Positions 1-8,500 of a stretch of DNA of 11,794 nucleotides are shown one piece after another. The DNA is from Candidatus Hodarchaeota archaeon (GTDB lineage: Archaea; Asgardarchaeota; Heimdallarchaeia; Hodarchaeales; Hodarchaeaceae). The notes under the pieces are model-generated. The model was given only the letters and a program-made list of their open reading frames with translations, was not told the origin of the DNA and searched no databases. How positions within the stretch are numbered: the stretch's first letter is position 1; every line of letters starts with the position of its first letter. The translations under genes and the position numbers were made by a program. The stretch spans positions 1 through 11,794 of the forward strand of contig JAEOTQ010000247.1 of NCBI GenBank assembly GCA_016839785.1, written 5' to 3'.

Positions 1-120
1 AAATCAGTATCTCCTAATATTCCTCTTTGCGAGTCTCTTCTCTTTATGTGGATTTTTGACCCTGTTATTTCTCAAGAGTCATCCTCAGAAAGCCAACAAC
101 CCTTACTAGTATCACAATAA
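1..120 (+). CDS. Possible 3' end of an upstream gene truncated by the window edge; unknown product
   Basis: Frame +1 is open from base 1 to TAA at 118-120 (KSVSPNIPLCESLLFMWIFDPVISQESSSESQQPLLVSQ*). It is co-oriented with and 61 nt upstream of the methyltransferase. No recognisable motif. Confidence 0.35.
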   Translation, partial: KSVSPNIPLCESLLFMWIFDPVISQESSSESQQPLLVSQ

Positions 121-181
121 CTATACAGTAATTGATGTAGCTCATGTGAAACACTTAACGAGATTAACAAAAACTTGATGT

Positions 182-871
182 GTGATTAATCGCTCGCTAT
201 TCTTGATCCTTATTATGGCTACTATTCTAATGGTTTTGGCAGAAAAGAAAGTACCTAGTAAATATGAGTGGATAATTAACTTTCTAACCTTGGGACGACG
301 AATAAAAATATATAAGTACATTAGACAGAAATATCTTCAAGAAAATCAATTCATTCTTGATGCTGGATGTGGAACTGGTCGTTTTGTAGAAATAGCAGAC
401 GCAACTTGGGTAAGTTGTTTAGGAATTGATATTTCCGAAAACATGCTTCAGCAGGCAAAAATGCGATTTAGAGGGAGAAAACAACATCCTCCTTTGATTC
501 AGACTTCAATTACTGCTTTACCACTAAGAATAGAGTCATTCGACATTGTAATTTGCACCTTTGTCCTCTCAGAATTAAATCTTCAGCAAGTTCAGGATTC
601 ATTGAGAGAACTCTATACTTGTTTGAAAAAGGAAGGTCTTTTATTACTTGTTACAGAATCAAAACCTGAAAGCAAGATGAAACGTATTTTTTTCAATTGT
701 ATAAGGATTCCTGCTTTTCTAGTAACAAAAATTTTTGCGAGAATACCAAAACATCCTGTTTATGACGTGAAAGCATTACTTGAAGCTCATTCAGGTACAA
801 TCCTCGAACAAAAATCATATCTTGGAGAGCATCTTACTTTAATCGTTTATGAAAAAACTCCTATGAGATAG
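182..871 (+). CDS. Class I SAM-dependent methyltransferase (UbiE/Methyltransf_11/25-like), probably of the corrinoid-protein-associated (CpaM-like) type
   Basis: Motif I ILDAGCGTG, acidic post-I GIDISENML, motif II SFDIVICTFVLSEL, motif III LKKEGLLLL. The UbiE-like N-terminal segment PSKYEWIINFLTLG and adjacency to an hgcA-like gene suggest the corrinoid-associated subfamily (recalled, not searched). The true start may be ATG at 215 rather than GTG at 182. Confidence 0.88.
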   Translation: MINRSLFLILIMATILMVLAEKKVPSKYEWIINFLTLGRRIKIYKYIRQKYLQENQFILDAGCGTGRFVEIADATWVSCLGIDISENMLQQAKMRFRGRKQHPPLIQTSITALPLRIESFDIVICTFVLSELNLQQVQDSLRELYTCLKKEGLLLLVTESKPESKMKRIFFNCIRIPAFLVTKIFARIPKHPVYDVKALLEAHSGTILEQKSYLGEHLTLIVYEKTPMR

Positions 872-968
872 TGTGATATGAGACAACTAATAAAAATAAT
901 TCTGATAGACAATATCTCTAAAACCGCCAGGAAAAGAGTTATTCACTAATACAAGATTTACATTTAGA

Positions 969-1943
969 GTGGTTAGTATGGGTATTTTAGAGACATTTAA
1001 AGAAGGATTCTCGATTGCCATTGCAGGAATCGCATTCCCTGGGTTAAATCTGAATGTAACCCCTGGACTCTATCCCATTGGTCATCCTACAGAAGATTCT
1101 CCCATTTTAGTCACATCTAATTATTTTGTCACTTATAAAAGGGTTGTTTCGTCTCTGGAAAAACAAGACGTCACTGCTTGGCTGTTAGTAGTTAATACAG
1201 AGGGTGTAAATGTTTGGTGCTCTGCTGCTGGAGGAAATTTCACTGCAGAGAAGATTCTAGATCAGATAGATGACACTAACCTATCAGAGGCGGTTAATCA
1301 TAGACAGTTAATTTTGCCTCAATTGTCTGCATCTGGGGTTAACCATCTCGTCTTAAATAAAGCTAAATGGGAAGTAAAATTTGGACCTGTCAATATAAAT
1401 GATTTAGGGGAATATTTACAAAACGATCTATCAAAAACTACAAGTATGTCTCAAGTTGAATTCAATCTGAGAAGTCGAATTGAAAATTGTGTCTCTCATA
1501 ATGTCTTTATTTCTTTAATTTTAATACCTTTGATCCTAGGAATACAAATCTTAGCTCAACCTCTTGGTTTTCTCCTTCAACCCTGGGCCCAGTGGCTCTT
1601 AGTAAATGTGATATTCCTTTTGCTTTTTATTTGGGCTTTTGGTTTCCTTGTTGGTATTCTCTATCCTATAACACCATTTAATTCGGGTTTTCTCAAAGGA
1701 GTCATTCTATCGGCCATTCTAGTGCCTCTATGTGCAATATTATTCTTTACGAGTTCACTTTTAGATTTTATATTGGCAATCGGAACATTATTCCTCTATG
1801 GCATCGTAATAAGTACTGATTTTGATGGATTTTCCCCGTTTTGGGGCACTGATTTCATTTTAAAGGATTATTTGCTCTTAACTGGAGCTGCTGTGATAAT
1901 AATTATCATTTTAATCATTTCACCAATAATAATAGGAGGATAA
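969..1943 (+). CDS. HgcA-like corrinoid (cobalamin-binding) membrane protein: CdhD/CFeSP-like domain plus about 5 C-terminal TM helices, with a divergent cap helix
   Basis: HgcA-type blocks in order: PGLYPIGHPTEDSPILVTSNY, WLLVVNTEGVNVWCSAAGGNF (cap helix, 1209-1235; canonical N(V/I)WCA(A/G)GK), HRQLILPQLSASGV, FGPV..DL..YL, MSQVEF. These are followed by five hydrophobic segments with a DFDGFSPF loop. Alternative start ATG at 978. No symbol given because the motif is non-canonical. Confidence 0.85.
   Translation: MVSMGILETFKEGFSIAIAGIAFPGLNLNVTPGLYPIGHPTEDSPILVTSNYFVTYKRVVSSLEKQDVTAWLLVVNTEGVNVWCSAAGGNFTAEKILDQIDDTNLSEAVNHRQLILPQLSASGVNHLVLNKAKWEVKFGPVNINDLGEYLQNDLSKTTSMSQVEFNLRSRIENCVSHNVFISLILIPLILGIQILAQPLGFLLQPWAQWLLVNVIFLLLFIWAFGFLVGILYPITPFNSGFLKGVILSAILVPLCAILFFTSSLLDFILAIGTLFLYGIVISTDFDGFSPFWGTDFILKDYLLLTGAAVIIIIILIISPIIIGG
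1934..1940 (+). promoter_or_regulatory. Shine-Dalgarno-like site for the ferredoxin gene, embedded in the last codons of the hgcA-like gene
   Basis: AGGAGGA at 1934-1940, ending 9 nt before the TTG start at 1950. It overlaps the Gly-Gly codons just before the TAA stop. Confidence 0.6.
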
Positions 1944-1949
1944 CAACTT

Positions 1950-2168
1950 TTGGTCACACACATTAATTTAAAACGTTGTATTGGTTGTCAATTTTGTGTT
2001 CAGGTGTGCCCACGAGGATGTTTCGAGTATGATTTTGAAATAAATAAGGTCAAGCTAGTGAATCCCATCCTTTGTTTGAAATGTCGAGCGTGTGAACTGA
2101 ACTGTGAAGGAGATGCTATCAGGATAGAAAAACCCATCTTTCAGAATTTTTTTGCTCAATTAATTTAG
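1950..2168 (+). CDS. 2[4Fe-4S] dicluster ferredoxin, HgcB-like by position
   Basis: Two CxxCxxCxxxC motifs: CIGCQFCVQVCP and CLKCRACELNCEGDAI. It starts 6 nt after the hgcA-like stop, with a TTG start and SD site. No cysteines follow the second cluster motif. Confidence 0.9.
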   Translation: MVTHINLKRCIGCQFCVQVCPRGCFEYDFEINKVKLVNPILCLKCRACELNCEGDAIRIEKPIFQNFFAQLI

Positions 2169-2489
2169 GTACCATTTGGACAGAAGAATAGCAATTACTG
2201 ATTTTTATCAACTATACTCTTCGATTGTTTGTTGATGGCACCCTAGATTATTCAATGAATATCATTGATCCAACAAGGACGTTCAAAGTAATAATTTTTA
2301 AGAACAGATTATTCTTAAATCTTGAACACACTTTTCAAATTGTTGGATAATAGACAGATATTCTAAATACTAATCAGTTGTTTGGATACCCTTTTGAGTA
2401 GCAGGAATGATAATTACTTAAGTTCTCCACTATTAATGATTACAAGTGTACGATGAAGATTTCGGTATTTTTAATAGCTATTCAATGAG

Positions 2490-2588
2490 GTGGTGAAATT
2501 TTCAAAAGGAAAAGTCATAAGAGTACTCCAACACCCCTTATTAAATATTATACTAGTTATTATGGTTATAAATGTTAGTGCGATAGCT
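2490..2588 (+). other. Predicted Sec signal peptide or N-terminal signal anchor
   Basis: MVKFSKGKVIR (basic), PLLNIILVIMVINVS (hydrophobic), AIA (A-x-A). Confidence 0.65.
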
Positions 2589-5500
2589 GTAACTATACCG
2601 AACACGACTAGGTCTGAAAAAATAGAAAAAAACATTATTTTACCTCGTTTGATGTGCAATACTTCACTCACTCATGCGATTGATGGAGAAAATGGTTATT
2701 ATAAACCTGTTTCGTACTTGCTGGATTCTACTATTCATTCAGATACACTATTTGATATTAACACTCTTTCAATAGAAACAGAATTCCCCCCTGTGAAATA
2801 CAGCGTTCAATCAGGGATAGGAACAGAGGTTCTTATCGATGATGCTACATATGATGCCACTGACGAATATAATCCTGGGCCAGGCGTGGTGTTTATCAAT
2901 GGATCTCATGGTTACGTTTTTTATCAGAAAACGATTGACGAAAGAAGTGAAATTGTTTATTCTAAAACGACTAACGGCGGGGACAGCTGGTCATCCCCCA
3001 TAGGTCTTGATTCAACATTTAATGATCCGACTTTCAGGAGTTTTTCCGTTTGGTACGATCAATGGACACCTGGAAATAGCGGTGATTTGATCCACATTAT
3101 TGTTGGGGCTGCTGGCGATTATATGGAAATGTATTACAATTATCTTGACACTTCAGATGATAGTTCGAGTGGTGCGTGGACATTCTTATATGGTTTTGAA
3201 TGGCATAATGCTCCTGATGGAGGTGGAGCTGTTACCGTTTCAACAGAGGGATATATTTTTGGCGCTTTATGGGGTCGTCGACCAGGTACAGACTATCCTC
3301 GAATTATGAAATATGATTCAAGTTGGACTGATATTTCTCCAGAATATGCAATTAATACTGAAGAACACGATCATGGACAACTCTTACCTTTAAGCAACGG
3401 GGATATTATTTGTATCTATGAGGATTCAGGACAGAATAATCTATATTCATTTGTTTATGATGAGGAAACTGATACATGGGATTCTTCGGCGACTATTGTG
3501 ACTTCAATTGTTTCTGGAACTACAACAGGTTGGGAAGACGCAAATTGGGGAGCAGTACTTGACCCAGACACTTATGACGTATATTTACTCCTCAATAATG
3601 ATGTTTTTGCAAACGGAGGGGATATGGAGACTTGGGTTTTCTCTGATAATGATCGTTCTTGGAGCAAGAAAACTGATGTACTGAAAAATGTCGGTTCTAG
3701 TGGAGATGAAGTTAAGCCTACTTATGATCCTCTGACTGATACACTTTATGCAATAGCGATCTTTGGAACTAATATCTATGTTAAAAACTCAACAGATGGA
3801 GGTGATTCTTGGGGATCATTTGAAGAAATAACAACAGCAAGCGAAGATTGGATAGTAGTCCGTACCAATTTTATCTCATTTGGGAGAGTTTATGCGATCT
3901 ATTTTGATGAACCTAATGATGACCTTTATGGAAACACTATTTCATTAACTGATATCAATCCCCCCGTTGTTAATGATTTTGGTGTTGATGATCCTGGAAA
4001 TGGAAATATCCAATTCTGGGCAAATGTTACTGATGATCTATCCTCTGTTGCAAGTGTTAAACTTGATCTGAACGATATCCTTTACGACATGACTCTTAAT
4101 GAAACTGGATATTGGATTTACCAACCATCATCAGTCGTCTATGGAGACGTTTTCACCTACCAAATTATTAATGCTTCCGATACAGAGGGGAATTACTTAA
4201 CAGGGGGCACACAAAAGGATAGTATTACCTTAACTTATGATACAGTTTTTCCGATGGTTGACGATTGGGAGTATTTCAATGATATTGGATCTTTTGGTAC
4301 CTTTAATGCTAATGTATCCGATTTGTGGGGAGAAATTGATACAGTATTGGTGAATGTGACGAAATCTGCAGGAGTAGATCGTAATGATCTGCTCGCTATC
4401 ATGATACCAAGTCCCTCGGGATATCTCAACGATACTCTTCAGATGGATCCAGGAACTATCTTTTTTGAGATAATAGTTAACGATACAGTTGGAAATACTG
4501 AAACGTCAAGTCTACATCAAGGGTATGTACCTGAGGTGAATCATCCACCCACTGCATCAAACCTGACTCTCTCACCTGATCCTCTTTATAGTAATGATAC
4601 TCTAACATTAAGTTATAATTTTTCCGATCTTGATGGCGACTCTGATCTGGGAACGGAGATCAGATGGTACAAAAACAGTATTCATCAAGAAGCTTTTGAT
4701 GATGAACAGGACGTTCAAGATTTTGCCCTGTTTAAAGGTGATAAGTGGAATGTTTCGGTAAGGCCGAAAGATGGTCAAGATTTTGGCGAATTAGTCTGGT
4801 CCTCAATCATCGTCGTGCAAAATAATGTGCCAAATATTACTAGTTACTATACTAGTCCTGGAACACCCACTACAAGCGCTGTATTAAATATCAGCTATTC
4901 CTACTATGACACCGACAACGACGAGGAAAATATTACTAATAGGGAGATAGAATGGTATAAAGATGGACAACCTGTAGGAACCCTCAATGATCAGATTTCC
5001 GTACCCTCTTCCGAGACAAAAAGGGGAGATAACTGGCATTTCAAAATGCGTGTTCATGATGGAACAAATTTTTCTAGTTGGGTTATTTCATCAAATGTGA
5101 CAATTATCAATACTGCTCCATTCGTTAGCGACTATTTTGTGTCACCAATAAATCCAAAGACAGGAGACAACCTTGTAGCAAATTATACATACTCCGATCC
5201 AGACTCAGATTCTGAAAGCGAGTCATATATTCGCTGGTACAGGAATGGGGTTATCAATTCAACATACACCAACCAGACAACAGTTCCAGCAGCAGCCACT
5301 AAAAAAGGGGAAAATTGGTATTTTACCGTCCGACCAAGTGATGGAACTGATTATGGGAGCCTGAAAACTGCATCATATGTTACAATATCCAACACTGTAC
5401 CCTCTGTTTTCACTTTAAATATCACTCCAAGTATTCCAAAAACAGGAGACATCCTTTTAGCAGACTATACCTATGATGACCCTGACGATGATCCCGAAAG

Positions 5501-8500
5501 TGGTTCAGAGATCATTTGGTATAAAGGAGGAATATTACAAGGAAGTTTAGACTCTCTAACTGTTTCTGCCAGTCTTACGGCTAAGGATGACGAATGGCAT
5601 TTCAAGTATCGGCCATGTGATGGTACTGATTTTGGTGTGTGGGTATCGTGTCCTGTAAACGTTACTATCAGCAATACGGCGCCAACAGCAAACAACTTAA
5701 TGTTAACACCTGTTGATGCAAAAACAGGTGATGAATTAACAGCGGATTATAGCTATCATGATAATGATTCTGAAACTGAAAGCGGCACAGAAATCATTTG
5801 GTACCTCAACGGTACCTTGCAAGACCTCAATGATTCTTTTTCCATTCAATCAGGTAATACGAGTAGAGGAGACGAATGGCACTTTAAGGTTCGTCCGAAA
5901 GATGGAATAGATTTTGGAGAGTGGGTTGATAGCCCAAATATTACCATTAGGAATACACCACCAGTTGTTTCTGAAGTTGAAATCAACAACAACGATCAAT
6001 CAGCTCAAGTAGATAACGAAACAGACCTTGTTGCAAGTTATTCGTTTTTTGATGCTGATGGAGATGATGAAAATTATAGTCAACGAGTAATTTTATGGTA
6101 CAAAGGTAATCCGGGGGAATTGCAAAGTTCTCTCACGAATTCTTTAACCGTTGGACATGGTAATACAACAGTTGGGGATATTTGGTATGTTAATATTTCC
6201 CTTTATGATGGATTTAACAACAGCAATTATATAGTCTCTCCATCTGTAAGTATTGGACAAACAGCAAATGTGGTACCGGTTGCGAGTGATCTCAATATTT
6301 CAAATCCCAATCCAACAACCATAGATTACCTTTACATAAATTACACTTATTATGATACTCTTCACCCTGAATCAGGATCAATGTACTATTGGTATCGGAA
6401 TAACATTCATATGAGCCAATTTGATGGATTTAGGAACCTCTCTTATCTAGCAACCGCTAAGGGAGAGGAATGGCATGTCAAAGTACGGCCACGTGATGGT
6501 ATTGATTTTGGTGTTCTTGTCGGATTAGATCCTAATGTAACTATAGGTAACACTCCGCCATCCATTGTAGGTTTAGAAGTATCTCCTTTGAATCCTATTT
6601 CTGGTAATGATCTCAGTATTAATTATGAATACAATGATATAGATGGAGACTCTGAAAACGGTTCAGAGATTATTTGGTATCTCAACGGCACCTTGCAAGA
6701 CCTTAATGATTCTTTTATCATTCAATCAGGTAATACGAGTAAAGGAGACGAATGGCATTATAAATTACGTCCGAGAGACGGGACAGATTTTGGAGAGTGG
6801 GTTAGTTGTCCAAGTAATGTTACTATTGGAAATACAGCTCCTTCAGTCAGCAGTTTGAATATAAATCCTGGCAATCCTCGGACAGGAGATGCCCTTGAGG
6901 CAAATTACAGTTATTTTGATACTGATTTTGATTCTGAAAGTAATTCAATAATTCGTTGGTACAGGAATGGGGAATGGGATCCAACTTATAATAACCAGCA
7001 AACTGTTTCTGCAACAGCTACCTCGAAAGGGGAAAATTGGTATTTCACCATCCAACCTGGAGATGGTACTGACAATGGAAACCTGAAAACTTCTCCTATG
7101 ATCACCATCGCAAATTCGGCCCCATCTGCTAGTGGTTTATCAATTATCCCTAGCATACCTCAAACGGGACAAATCCTTAACGCTAGTTTCTATTTTGATG
7201 ACCCTGACGATGATCCAACAAGTGGTACTGAGATCATTTGGTATAAAACCGGGATCTTACAAGGTGAATTAAACAATTCGCTAACTGTTCCAACCAGTTA
7301 TACTGTTAAGGGTCAAGAGTGGCATTTCAAAGTCCGACCGTCTGATGGAACTAGCTCTGGTGGTTGGATAAGTTTACCTATTAATACGACTATAGCTAAC
7401 ACGAGACCCCAAATGGATTCGGTAATTTTATATCCATCTGGAGCGGTATATACTACACAAGCTTTGGTCGTGAATTATGAAAGTTCTGATATTGACCACG
7501 ATTTTATAACGGACTATCGTATTGTTTGGTTGATTAATGGCTCTGTAGAAGTTCCAAAATTAGAAAACAAAACTGAAGTTCCATCTAATTACACCAAAAA
7601 AGAAGATACTTGGGTTTGTCAAGTACAAGCGTTTGATGGCGAAGATTGGTCTGATTTTAAGTTTCCTATGACTGGAATAGCAATCTTGAATTCTAAACCA
7701 AATGTAAATTCCATAACTATAACGGGGGGCGAAACTACTGATGATAATATTGTCATTTCCTATAATTATACTGATCCTGACGGAGATTTTGAGTCATATA
7801 CACAAACTCAGATTTCATGGAAGATATTTCATAGGGGAAGTTTAGTGATTCCACCTTCAACAGCAACGATTGATAATTCATGGATAACCGCTGGTGATTT
7901 CGTCTTTTGCTGGATTAAACCTCATGATGGTGAAGAGTTCGGGGACATCATGGATTCTACAGCTTTTGAAAAAGGATATCTCATTGTTGGAAACTCGCCT
8001 CCTGAACTCTCAACTACACCAAATATTCTAGATTCCAACGATACAACAATTTTTTCTGCAATAAGTTCTCTACATGTTAACTATACAGTAACAGATGTTG
8101 ATCACGGTGAAAGTGATGAGGTGTATGATATAGAAGTTATTGATGGTCTAACTGTTGGTGCTGAGTATCGCTGGTATAGAAATGATGAGCTAAAAACCAT
8201 GTTAGACGGCCCCTTGGTCGATTCCTCCTATATTCACGAAGGAGAGATATGGATGGTTAGCACCCGACCACGGGACCGTTATGGTGACTTTGGTAATTGG
8301 GTTAACTCTTCTCCTATCGTCATTGGAAATAGTGCACCATCAATTCTAGGTTTCTCATGGACAACAGAAAGTCCGACAACCATAGATGATCTTCTCTTTT
8401 CTTACAATTATTTCGACCATGATCTCGATCCTGAATGGGTAAACATGACCATGATTCAATGGTATAAAAATGGTACAGAGATGCTAGCAGTTGAGAACCA

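Noticed and set aside
182-240. Signal peptide on the methyltransferase
   Set aside because: The hydrophobic run largely disappears if translation starts at ATG 215. SAM-dependent enzymes are normally cytoplasmic.
969-2168. Calling these genes bona fide hgcA and hgcB (mercury methylator)
   Set aside because: The cap helix deviates from N(V/I)WCA(A/G)GK, and the ferredoxin lacks the C(M/I)ECGAC signature and C-terminal cysteines. Reported as hgcAB-like only.
2169-2489. Archaeal BRE/TATA promoter for the giant gene
   Set aside because: There are several AT-rich candidates (for example TTTTTAATA at 2468-2476), but none stands out from background without transcription start data.
2471-2671. 66-aa minus-strand ORF with a hydrophobic stretch
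   Set aside because: It is antisense to the signal-peptide region of the giant ORF and is most simply a shadow ORF.
3100-3309. 69-aa alternative-frame plus-strand ORF
   Set aside because: It is nested within the giant CDS and has no motif.
2820-3950. Active sialidase
   Set aside because: Asp-boxes alone are not diagnostic, and no RIP motif or clear Arg triad is visible.
4235-4429. 64-aa minus-strand ORF
   Set aside because: Antisense shadow of the giant CDS with no recognisable features.
5471-5695. 74-aa minus-strand ORF
   Set aside because: Antisense shadow. Its Ser-rich end mirrors the Asp/Glu codons of the sense strand.
5790-6803. Repeat pair as a diversity-generating retroelement template/variable region
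   Set aside because: Both copies are in-frame coding. The mismatches are not adenine-specific and many are synonymous. There is no reverse transcriptase in the window.
6643-6858. 71-aa alternative-frame ORF
   Set aside because: It is nested in Ig unit 8 and has no motif. The main frame is intact, so there is no sign of a frameshift.
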